Source of the DNA: Microthyrium microscopicum
Taxonomy: Eukaryota
Direction of reading: 5' to 3'
DNA length: 64,000 bases
Assembly: GCA_010405405.1 (NCBI GenBank)
Contig: MU004236.1
Location: 1,556,070-1,620,069 of the forward strand
Under the pieces are notes generated by a model. That model had not been told where the DNA came from. It was given only the letters and a program-made list of their open reading frames with translations, and did not search any database. This document shows, one piece after another, positions 48,568 to 59,498 of this stretch; the first letter of the stretch is position 1; every line of letters starts with the position of its first letter. A program made the position numbers and the translations under genes.

Positions 48568-49749
48568 ATGGCTTTCGGTTCCGCTGCCCTCAAGTTTTTG
48601 GGCACGTTCCTATATGCTCTGGCATGCTGCTGTTCGATCGTCATTCTAGGTATGACATCTTCATCCTCCATTGCGCCAACTCCATCTAACATTGTCGTTT
48701 TTAGCACTCTACTCTTACTTCCTGTCAACTCTCCATACTCATGGCGCCCATATTCCAACCTGGGAGCGAGCTATCGAAGGCATTAGCGGTGCTGGCGTGC
48801 TCTACACCCTCTTGGCTATCGTCTTCACATGCTGCTTAGGCGGTAAAACCTTCTTCGCATTCCTCGCTATTGGTAAGTCTCAAATCCAAGAAAACAAATT
48901 CATGAACCGTTCTTTTGGCGCGTGAAAAGTCGACCATTCGCTTTTCTCGCTGCTTTAAACAATTCCCGTGACTCACGATTTATTTGTATGGATTTTGGCT
49001 AATTCAAATCCCCAGTTCTCGACATCCTCTTCTGCGGTGCCTTCATCGCGATTGCTGTCATGGCTCGTCAAGGAACCGGTTCATGCTCCTCCTCCAACGT
49101 GAAGACTCCCATCGGCAATGGTGACAGCCAATCCCATGTTGGATTTGATGGTAAAACTTTCACACCAAGCTTGCACACAGCCTGCATCATGAACAAAGCC
49201 GTCTTCGCAGTAGCCATTATTGGAGCGTAAGTCAAACAGCACACTTTTCGTCCCTTTATATACTAACCAATGCGCAGTGGCGTCTTCCTCATTAGTGCAT
49301 TTGTCCAGCTCTGGATTGGCCGTCATCACCAGAAGCAAAAGAAGTATGGTCCATCTCCCGCCAACGGCTACACCAAGGGCAACGGCATCAGCTTCTTCAA
49401 GAAACGCGGAGCCAACAAGTCCGCCCACGCTGCTGCTGCCAAGGACGCTGAAGCCGGACTCAACGGCCACGAGCACGTTGCCGCTCATGACAGCACTGAC
49501 CCACGATATGGCGATGCTACATACACCGGCAACAAGTTCGAGGCTGCCCCAGTGACTGGCACCAACGGCCGCACCTACGATGACGCTCACCACACCGCTC
49601 ACCATACCGCTCATCAAAACGCAACCAATGGCACCAACGGTGTTGGATATTCAGCACCAGCGCCAACTGCTGGTGGCTACCACACTGGCCCTGCAGGCTC
49701 TGCAGTCAATCCATACGGATACGACAACAATGCTCGCACAAACTACTAG
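48568..49749 (+). CDS. MARVEL-like four-TM membrane protein with Gly/His-rich tail; exons 48568-48649, 48705-48872, 49016-49226, 49278-49749
   Basis: Four hydrophobic segments; WERAIEGISGAGVLYT, LDILFCGAFIAIAV, KKYGPSPANGYT; canonical introns. Confidence 0.85.
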
Positions 49750-50066
49750 TACACTAATACGGGGACGGAAAAACGATTGTATTGTTAATGATACCAAGTT
49801 GCTCTTTGTTTGAAATAGGCATAATGCCACGCTATATGATTTAATGCGGCCATCAATTAATTCCTAATACTATTATACCCCTTTGCTATCATTTTTGCTT
49901 CTTTGCCTCTAGTATATTGACCATCGTACTGAACCCACAAGTAAACTAGGGTGTACAGCAAACCCATTGATACACCAAACAAGTGTACTTCCAGGACTGA
50001 TGGCGAATGCCTCTTGTCGCCTTAAATATCGTATCTTCGTATCTCCGTATCTCATAACCAACCACT

Positions 50067-50502
50067 TCACCGCCGTCCGCCTCTCGCACCCCCATCAGCT
50101 TTCTCCGCCCTCAATGTCTCCAAATGAGTCCGCATAACTGATTCGAGCCCCTCATTCCGTCGTGCCAGTAACATCACATCGTCCGTCGATATCTGTGTTC
50201 GGCCGGCATGTTTGGCGAAACACTCAAGGTCTTTGGCTACTGTTTCTACCACAGCATTAGTTTTCCTTGTAACAGTCAACTTGTGTGTAGGGAGTCTGTA
50301 AGTACCAATTTGCGCCCATGCCATCTCTGTTAAGGCGCCGATAAATTGGGGAGTGACGTTGGAGTCTGAGCGTAGACTATCTTCGTCGATGATTTGGCCG
50401 ATTGCGTACCAGAGAGCTGATTTGAGTCGCTAAGGAGCGTTAGTCAGGAATTGAGGTTGAATGAAGGCAGTGTACCTGCTCAGTCTCTTCGTTCGTTGCC
50501 AT
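50067..50502 (-). CDS. MHF1: CENP-S / MHF histone-fold subunit 1; exons 50502-50476, 50429-50306, 50245-50067
   Basis: RLKSALWYAIGQII, TPQFIGALTE, DLECFAKHAGR.I..DDVMLLARRNEGL. Confidence 0.93.
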
Positions 50503-50747
50503 TTTGTGTATTTCTGCTGAATTCGCAGAGTTGGAAGTCTTGCTGCAACAGACAGTAGACTAACAGTGCAACTTCAATTAACGCGTCGCCAAAGTGGAAA
50601 ACACGCGATGTTGGCCCAAGCTTCTTCTACCTTCCAACGACAACCCTTCACTTTTCCCATTGATCAAATACCGCATCAACACCACCTCACCTCTCAATCC
50701 CCTCCGAAACAATCTACAGTTCCGCGGTCGGCGGCAAACAGTCAAAA

Positions 50748-51221
50748 ATGCCAATAACTCTCCCCTCCCACCCCTCCGAAATCCCCGCCGTCCTCTCCCT
50801 TTGGTACAACAACTTCACCACAAACACGCACCACGCATTCAAATCCCTCACCGTCAAAGACGCAATCCGCCTCGTCATCGTAATCGGCGCATACGCACTC
50901 ATCATCCGTCCCCTCCTCCTGAAACTCGGCGCACGGATACAAAACCAGCAACATGAGCGCGATGCGGCAGAAGGTCTGGGTCCAGATGGTGCCACGCCAA
51001 TCGATCCGTTGACGGGCCGGCCGAAGGAGAAGTTTGCGATTCCGGGGGTTGATAGTGAGAGTGATGAGGAGGATGAGGATAAATTGGATCCGGTTAAGGG
51101 GGAGTGGGGACGGACGGCGCGGACGAGGCAGCGGAAGGTTGTGAGACGGGCGCTGGAGTTGAAGGAGCAGCTTGGGGAGGAGGATGATATTGATGATATT
51201 AGGGAGTTTTTGGAGGATTAG
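50748..51221 (+). CDS. PGA2: ER trafficking protein Pga2-like
   Basis: IRLVIVIGAY.LIRP TM segment, WG..AR.RQRK, acidic C-terminus DIREFLED. Confidence 0.85.
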   Translation: MPITLPSHPSEIPAVLSLWYNNFTTNTHHAFKSLTVKDAIRLVIVIGAYALIIRPLLLKLGARIQNQQHERDAAEGLGPDGATPIDPLTGRPKEKFAIPGVDSESDEEDEDKLDPVKGEWGRTARTRQRKVVRRALELKEQLGEEDDIDDIREFLED

Positions 51222-51356
51222 GGGTGGGATTTGGAATGGGTGGTGGTGTGTGTTTATGGGAGGGGGTGTGGCTAATGGACATTGTAGATGTTATTGCATA
51301 GAATATTTGTGTAATAGAGGCTACGGAAATCGAACTGTATATATGGCATTATAGCA

Positions 51357-51836
51357 CTATTCGAGAGCATTAGACCTTGCAGTGTCAATGTCCATTTCGT
51401 CCTGAGAAGTCAGAGGTGCCGCAGGATGTATCTCAAAGCACAGCGCAATCATATAAACTAGCGGACCATCCTCGCGCGACCAACTCCAAGGAACTGGCAC
51501 AAAAAGTGTATCTTGCTCACCTTGCTCGCTGTCGAGAACTAGATGTATAGTGATAATATGACGGTCGTTGCCATCACACTCACTGAACCCATCGATCGTT
51601 ATGGCGCCTCTGGCTACCTGTTGAGCACCAAGGCCGATTTCAGTGCGAGAACTATGTCTGCCAGAGGCGCTTGTTGGTCTGAAGATAAGTTCCATGCTCA
51701 GTGTGGCTGGGTGCTCATGTTGGCAGTTCTTGTTGACGATGGATTTGAAGTTGATGTTCTGGGGTGGCCAGTCGTGGTTACCTGGCAAGTGAATGAAGGT
51801 GGCCCCGTTCAGGAAATGAAGCATAATGTCGAACAA
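51357..51836 (-). other. Hypothetical or possibly frameshifted ORF
   Basis: 159-aa open frame; the best-context upstream ATG (51976) is out of frame. Confidence 0.25.
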
Positions 51837-52674
51837 CAGGCTCGCGGGACTATAACATGGCAGAGATAAATGAAGTTGAGAGGGCGGATCTCTAGGTATG
51901 GATGCTTAGGTTGCGGTGGCCTTGCTTCCTCGGACTGGTCCTCACTTGGTGAGGCGCTAACAAGTTTTGAGGTCATGGTAGGCAGAGTGAGAGCTTTGTA
52001 GGCAGACTATGGGGCTGGGCGTGATTTGACTCTCAGTTATTGCAGAAGTGGATTGGTTGACTTCAAGTGAGAGTCGGCGGGTTGGTTAATAGTAGATTCC
52101 ATCGAAGTCTATTAGAGGAACAAGTATTTTCTAGGTATGTGTACGTGAGCACTGAGACAGGTCAACCAATAGACAAAATAAATGGCGTGCCTCTATTGAC
52201 TTGGATGGTTCCTAACTTCCTACACAACACGCTCTGGTATCAAGTGCTTTACTTACCATATAGGGCGTTTAGACTCGGATATTCTATTGAATCCGATGTA
52301 AAATGTAACACCTCTTAATTAGAAACGTTCGTGGTAGCCAGCGAAGTTGATAGGACGACGCCAGTTATTTTGTCATGCGGTTGACAGGCCTAACATGGAA
52401 TGTCTTTGATTGTCAGGTTTAACAAAGTCCAAAACTGTCTGATATTGTTGGAAGTGTATTCATTGTTTGATCTAAATGAGACTCACAGAAGAAGATACAT
52501 GCTGAGCCCATTTCAAACCAACATTTAGTGTTACTACCATACTCAACACCAAATTATAGGATACTCGAAATATCAACGTCGCCAGAAATCCATTTACTAA
52601 ATGAAAGTCACATCAAACTCGCGCCAATGGAGCACACTGCCCAGCCTCTGACCACGGTCGTCATGCTAAGTAAT

Positions 52675-53085
52675 TCACCAGTATTTATGATCAGGATTAT
52701 CCGTGTCATCGTCATCACTCTTCTCATCATACTCCTCCTCACTCTCAGTTGGAGAACCCGGGCCACGCTTTCTCTTCTCAGGCTTATCCTGTTTCTGACG
52801 CCATGAGATCGAATTGTAGAGGGCCTTCCACTCCTCATCGTCCGCATACCGCTCCCAAAGATCATACTGCTGTTGATCAGGATCTAGGCACTCACAGTCT
52901 TCGAAGGTGGGGGCGTGATCTAGCGACATTGAGGCCAGCTTGCGTGTTACGGAATCGTCCTCGTTATCGGACTCAGAGCCCTCGGAGTCGTCCGAGGAAT
53001 CAGAGGCACAGGAGAGATCATCATAATTGTCTTCATCATCAGAGTCGTAGTTGGAATCATTGGCATATCGTGGTCCAGCGCTCAT
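52675..53085 (-). CDS. Small highly acidic hypothetical protein with KRKR motif
   Basis: 136-aa ORF, ACCATG start, D/E/S tracts; may have a further 3' exon. Confidence 0.5.
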   Translation of the reverse strand: MSAGPRYANDSNYDSDDEDNYDDLSCASDSSDDSEGSESDNEDDSVTRKLASMSLDHAPTFEDCECLDPDQQQYDLWERYADDEEWKALYNSISWRQKQDKPEKRKRGPGSPTESEEEYDEKSDDDDTDNPDHKYW

Positions 53086-53991
53086 GGTCGTTTGACTTTC
53101 AGTCGGTTGGCTCCTTGATTTTCTAGGCTTCTGTGACTATTGAGAGGAGAGGGTTGTCGCGAGCGGGAAAGTGAGCAGTGTTTTGCTTGCAGGACTTGTT
53201 GTAACTATCGTGGTCAGTTGTCAGTGCGGCTGTCGACTTGGGGGACTTTGGTGCATTGGATCTTGCAACTCGTAGACTGATCTTCTATAAATAGTGAATA
53301 ATCGAAGGAAGCAGTGTTACAGTTGAAAGCATTCATATCAATGCTAGAGTCATAGACTGAATTTATAGGAGTGTTACAGAGAAGCGCTCTCCATGAAATC
53401 AAGGGTTTTTTCTTGTAATATCTCGACAACACGAACCCTTTGGCCCATGGAAGAGTGTTGCTTGTTATTTCTGGATCTTTCAACAGCATAACACAAGAAG
53501 TAGTCTAGAATCTAGTGCAATTGACTGGAATAGTATAGGGCCACTGGGATTCTGATTATGGCCTTCTCAGCTGTCAGAATGAGGTTATCCTTGACGCGCT
53601 GGTGACGAGATGTTTTGTAGTCTTTTCTTTTCCGGGTCTTTCTAAGGCAAGCTTGACTTTCCCAAAGGAGTAAATGCACCAAGTTACCTGCAGCTTCGAT
53701 GTGTAGTATACTGAACCCGTTGAAGTTTAGGGTCTGCAATAGGCCGTTTAACGGCAAGACTTTGATTTATTGGTTTAACACTGTCTACTGGACTCCGAAA
53801 TATCCCTGGATGTACTTTCCTCCCCTGGAGAAAAGGCTGGGAAGGTCATCGGTTCCATCGCGATTGGGGTGTTATCGCTCTCAGAAGCAACACCGGATGT
53901 GCTCTCCTCTTCAACAGCAGATGGAGAGGCCGAGGAGGATACCGCTTCCACCATTGTTGTCGAGCCTGGCCCTAAGCGGTATTAGCACGTA

Positions 53992-54561
53992 TCACATCGT
54001 TGGCAGTCGAAGTACATTACCGATCTCAGAAGCATTACTGGGTGTGCTCGCTTCATAAGTAGCCAATGAGGGTGAGAAGGACATCGGTTCCACTGATGTC
54101 GTTTGCTCTTGCACTATACGGCATGAGCATAATTCACAGCTTGACATTCGATTTGAATTACCTTGTCCGGCAAGCGAGATTCCCGGCTGGACTGCCTCAG
54201 CCCACAGATCTCCGCTCTCATACTGACCCCCCGCAAGCCATACAGATTGCGGCGAGAAGACTTTCCAGACAATGCAGCGACGAGATTCGATTGTCAAGAG
54301 CCCATCAGGGTCGAACCAATTTTCCATGTCCAGTAATCGTATCTCGGTCCCGTTGCTGTCAAAGACATCTCTGGCCCGAGATAGAAGGTTCAATGCCTGG
54401 CTAAAAGGGAAAACGCCATCGTCACGATTGGTGGTGATCGTCTCGTTGAGGCATCGAGCCTCGACGCTGGCCGACAAGGCTGGCAGCTGTTCGAAATAAT
54501 CCTCCTGTTGGGAGAGGGATACACCGTCCCGGAAGGAAGCAAGTAGTGCCATAGTAGACAT
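53992..54561 (-). CDS. Hypothetical protein (189 aa), possible 5'UTR intron
   Basis: ORF preceded by a GTAAGT..AAG intron-like segment; no recognisable domain. Confidence 0.3.
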   Translation of the reverse strand: MSTMALLASFRDGVSLSQQEDYFEQLPALSASVEARCLNETITTNRDDGVFPFSQALNLLSRARDVFDSNGTEIRLLDMENWFDPDGLLTIESRRCIVWKVFSPQSVWLAGGQYESGDLWAEAVQPGISLAGQGNSNRMSSCELCSCRIVQEQTTSVEPMSFSPSLATYEASTPSNASEIGNVLRLPTM

Positions 54562-55221
54562 CTCGGTCTTGGAGGTAAGGTGAGCAATGTGGTAAGCGTG
54601 CTGAGGATGAGGTACTTACTTGTGAGTGCTGTATATAACTGGTTTGTTGGAAGGATCGAGTATACAGGAAGAGCAGAATCGAGGAATAATGAAGCAGTGA
54701 AGGCTTGTTACTGTAAAGGGAATTATTGAAGAAGGTCTGAAGTTGGGGTTGGAGCCAGAATGGCGAAAAGGTTCAGCATACTCAGCAACACCTCGCGGTG
54801 AAGAATAAGAAAGAGCGACGAAGTGGGTTTGGCTACACAGGTTGAGCCTGGAACTGGAAGACTCGGTGCTCAGCAAGCTCAAGGCCATGTACAGCAGGCG
54901 CAAGAGGCTTTAATACTACTTGGAGAGGCAAGAGCAAGCGTTTTTGGCGGAATGTGCGGCGGTAATGACCCAAATACGCCTTCTTAGGTAGTGACATATA
55001 TGGTAGCAACTACCAAAAAATGGTGTTTATCTACCGGTAAGCACAAAGAACCAAAGATTTGTACAGTAAGATTGATGACCTTTTCGCTCGATTTACATGC
55101 CGGTTATACGTTGTGTGAGGTAGCGTCCTGTAATTTGACTATTTGCGACGTAAAGAGAGGCATTTCTTCTACACACGGAGGCGAAATTCATTATAGCTTA
55201 CAAGTGTAAATACGATCTCTC

Positions 55222-58200
55222 CTACCAATCTATTGATGGCGTCCCAACGCCATTACCAGCTAATATGTTTTCTGCGGTAGCAACTTCTCCTTTTCCACCC
55301 TCAAAGTGGCTAGCCTGTAGACCTTTGCGGCCCTTCATTGTCTTCAATTTTGCATCCAGCTTGACAAACGGATCTGGCATATCTTCTTTCTTGATCTTGA
55401 ACTTGGATGTACCAAGCACACTATCAAGCTCTTCGACGGATGGCAGTTTGGCGTATACCCATCCATCTTCGCGCTCCTCTACTGGAAAAGTTGCAATATT
55501 GACATCGTCATCGTTACCACATTTGCCAGCTTCTTTACCAGAAAGTTCGTAGTTTCGCTTGTGGTACGGACACGATACCCAAAGTTTGTTGGTAGCGAGA
55601 TCCTCACCGATGAGACCATCGGAAAGAACGAATGCGCGCTTGTGTGGACACATTTGCTGTGTGCAGAAGTATTTGCCACGGACCTTGAAGATGGCAAGTT
55701 GCGTGTCTCCACGCTTGATTGCCTGACTGTCTCCGGATGCGACATCTTTGAACTTGTTGGCTTCCACGATGGGTTGCCAGGCAAGATCACTCCATTTTGT
55801 ACCTCTAAAGTCGGTGGTCACTGAATCCTTAGGCCAATATGATGGGCGTTCTTGGCCTCTCTCTGCAGTCGGTTCGATAGTGTCGACAATATTCTCCTCA
55901 GTGTTGGCGAATTGCTGGAACTGCTCCCTGCGGCCTGCGTCGTTGATGGCTTCGGTCCACTCGCAGAAGAAGGTGCCCACCAAATCTTCCATTTGCTTTT
56001 CGAGATCAGCACATATTCCCAACTTGTCTTGCAAGATGACTTCCTGCAGGTACTTGATCCCACCGGGCAGATTTTCCAGCCATCGAGCCGTTCGCTGGAG
56101 TTTGTCGGCGGTACGGATATAGAAGCTAAGATATCGGTCCAAGATTGGAATGACATCGTCCGGCGGTACATCCAAAGCAAGAACTTCGGAATGTCTAGGC
56201 TTAGCACCCCCATTTCCACCCACGAATATATTGAAGCCTTTCTCGGTCGCGATGAGACCGAAATCCTTGTTTTGGGCTTCGGCACACTCGCGGACGCACC
56301 CAGAGACGCCGCCCTTGATTTTGTGGGGACTACGAATTGACTTGTACCGTTCTTCGATCCGGATGGCCATACCAACACTGTCGCCCACACCAAATCGACA
56401 CCACGTCGTACCAACGCAGCTCTTTACTGTCCGCAGAGATTTAGCATAGGCATGTCCACTCTCCATGCCACCTTCGATAAGCTCGCTCCAGATGGCGAGG
56501 AGATCTTGCTTTCTGGCACCAAACATGTCGATACGTTGACCACCTGTGACTTTGCAGTAAAGGTTATATTTCTTGGCTACCGTTCCAATGACGATTAGCT
56601 TGTCTGGCGTAATCTCACCGCCAGAGACTCTGGGAACAACAGAATATGTGCCGTTGCGCTGTATGTTGGCTAGGAATTTGTCGTTGGTCTCTTGTAGACC
56701 TTTTAGTCCAGGGTCCATAACATGCTTGTTGAATAACGATGCGGTAATGGAACCTATCGTTGGTTTGCAGACTTCGCATCCGACGGAGTCAGGGTCTTTG
56801 CCGCAGTGCTTCATGATGGCTTCAAAAGTCTCGAGTTTCTTAACCATGATGATATTGAATAGATCGGCGCGGGAGTATTCGAAATGAGGGCACAGATGGT
56901 TTTTGACTTCGTTGCCCATTGAGGCCATGGTCTGGTTGAAGATGGACTGGACTAATGGCATACAGCCGCCACAGCCTGTTCCTGCTTTGGTGCACGACTT
57001 GACGTCGCCAATACTTTTGCAGGTTCCATCTTTTACTGCTACAGCCACATCCCCTTTGGTCACGTTGTGACATGAGCATATCTGAGTATCATCCGGGCTG
57101 CAAAGTGTTAGTTCAAGATCATGAGCCTTGGATGTCAGGTATCTTACAGATCACTGTCGTCATCGTCGCCGCCTGGCTTTCCGACTATAAGCTCACTTGG
57201 TTCAATCTCCATCGGCTTCTGGCCTTTGACCATGGGTACAAGCTTAATGTAGTCTTTTGTATCTCCGATCATCATTCCGCCAAGAAGATATTTGCCGTCC
57301 ATTGTGAAAATGTACTTCTTGTAAACGTGGTTGAAGGGATCTTTGTACGTCAATGCCTTTACAGGAGGAGGTGGTGGTCCAGATGTTAGAGTCTTGACAC
57401 GATCTTCCGTCTCCTTTTTGGCTCCACCTCGACCTGGAGGAGGGAATTTTGGTCCATCGCGATCAGCAAAGAAGTCTCCGAAACTGGCCACTTCGACTCC
57501 TAGAAGCTTGAGCTTTGTACTCAAGTCAGGGCGCGTGAATTTGCGAGGTGTGTGAACTTTTGCTTGTGTAAGGTTGAAGGCCAGCACGTCTGCCATCTCG
57601 ATACCAGGACCTATGAGTCCATATGTCTCGTTGTTCCAGCTCGCGCATTCTCCTATGGCATAGATATCCGGTATTGAAGTCGACAGATCTGGCGCGATCA
57701 CAATTCCACCGCCTCTATCAGCACATTTGAGACCAGCTTCACGCGCAAGGTCGTCTCTTGCTCTAACGCCAATCGCAAAGCAAATGCAGGAGCATTCCAA
57801 TTCCTCGCCATCTTCGAACCGGACGCCTGTGACCTCGTTGGCTTCGTTGACATGTATTTTGCCAACTCGTTTGCTTAGCATCACGTCCAAGCCAAGTTTT
57901 CTGACCTGTTCCACCACCATGCCACCAGCGTCGCCATCCAATTGTCTTGAAAGTACCCACCGATTTCTTTCGATAAGCTTTACTTTGCCGAATTCTTCCA
58001 GATCCATCATCGCCTTGGCAGCCTCGAGTCCTAGTAAACCACCACCAACTACTAAGCCAGTTGTGCCTGTTTTGGTCGCTGAAAACGAAATCAATTTCTC
58101 GAGATCCTCAATGGTGCGGTACACGAAGACACCCTTGCCATCATGTCCGGGTGTGTGTTTTGGAAGCACCGCGTTCGAGCCAGTGGCCAGAATGAGGATA

Positions 58201-58661
58201 TCGTATTTTACATCGTCTCCCTTTGCCGTCCTGACTGTTTTATTCTCCGAATCGATATCCGTAACGAGCGAGTTGACGTGGTAACTAAGAGAACCATTGG
58301 GTAGTTCATCGTACTAGAAAATACCTCTATTAGCCTAGCCATTGGTTATAAGCAAAAGTACCTACCCATGTTTGTGGATTTAGATATAGATTTTTGACCT
58401 CCCGATGTGCAAAGAAACTTGTCAGGCCAACACGGTTGTATGCAAGATGTGGCTCGTCACCAATGACGATAACTTCGTACTCTTGTCGCTTAGCATCGAG
58501 TTTGATGAGCTTTTCTCTTTGTACCTGTCAGTGCCGCTCGAAGGAAAGTTGTTCGAAAAGGCCTACATGAACGCGATTCCAACCATTCCCAGTCCTACGA
58601 TAACGACTCTCTTGCGCCCGCTCTCATGAGGAAGACCCCCATTGCCTTCGTTCGAGACCAT
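55222..58661 (-). CDS. niiA: NAD(P)H nitrite reductase; exons 58661-58567, 58516-58366, 58313-57148, 57097-55222
   Basis: [55 protein letters not shown] (siroheme/4Fe-4S ligands), Rieske CPHK..CPYH. Confidence 0.97.
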
Positions 58662-58859
58662 TTCCACTCAGCTTCTTATCAAGCTTTAAGCATTCGAGCT
58701 GCCAATACCAGAGGTTGCACAATAACCAATGTCCTGAGGGTAAGCCAGATGATTATAAGAAAAGTGCTAGCATAATATAGAATGGCTCCGTAGGAAAATT
58801 GTAAAAATATTGAATCTAAACAAAAAGTGAAAGAGCAAACCTTGGCCAGTACTACGAGA

Positions 58860-59280
58860 GATAAAGCTCAATGCAACCTATCCATAGCTCTCTCGAGCTC
58901 TCCAACTCCACACCTACAACTGAAGATCCGCGGTGGTGGGCTACCATACCATCTTCTCCGGAAGCTAGGCTAGACTACGCTATAGACTGACCCTGGATGG
59001 CAAAGCGCGCAAATCAAGTCCGGACGAAGACCCACTAATTCGATTATCGTGGGGTGCTTACAGCGCGTCCCAAAAGTGATGGTGTATTTGATTCTCAACC
59101 GATATGGTTTGCTGGAGACTTTGTAGGGAAGTGAAGCTCACGCTTCCCTCGGACATGCAAGGTGATGATCACTGATAAGGAACGCGGCTCTGACAGGCAT
59201 GCTAAAGCACAAAACCATGTGCGCCAAGGTTGTTAGACTTATCCGCGGGTGGGAGAGTCAAGATCGCGAGATCTCCGAGG
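58860..59280. promoter_or_regulatory. NirA-type (CTCCGHGG) and AreA GATA sites upstream of niiA
   Basis: CTCCGAGG 59273-59280 (exact); ATCCGCGG ~58926 and ~59241; TCCGAGG (minus) 59147-59153; GATAA at 58860 and 59174; TTATC at ~59239. Confidence 0.7.
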
Positions 59281-59498
59281 AAAAAGACAGAAAAACTTGG
59301 GTGAGATTGTTGCCTTAGTTCAAGCCTCAGGCCGCAACCGTTCAGCCTTGTCCTCAGCCTTGCGATTGTGTTTAATTACCTACTTAGTTTGAAGGCAAGT
59401 TTAAGCATTCATTTCAAGATGGGTAGGTGCTCGCTAAAACTATACGTGCAAAAAACTAGTTTGACGTGTAAACATGATTGATGTAATTCGTTAGGTGA

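Noticed and set aside
50246..50305. In-frame, stop-free 60-nt MHF1 intron as a retained-intron isoform
   Set aside because: Would insert 20 aa into the histone fold; no evidence beyond being open
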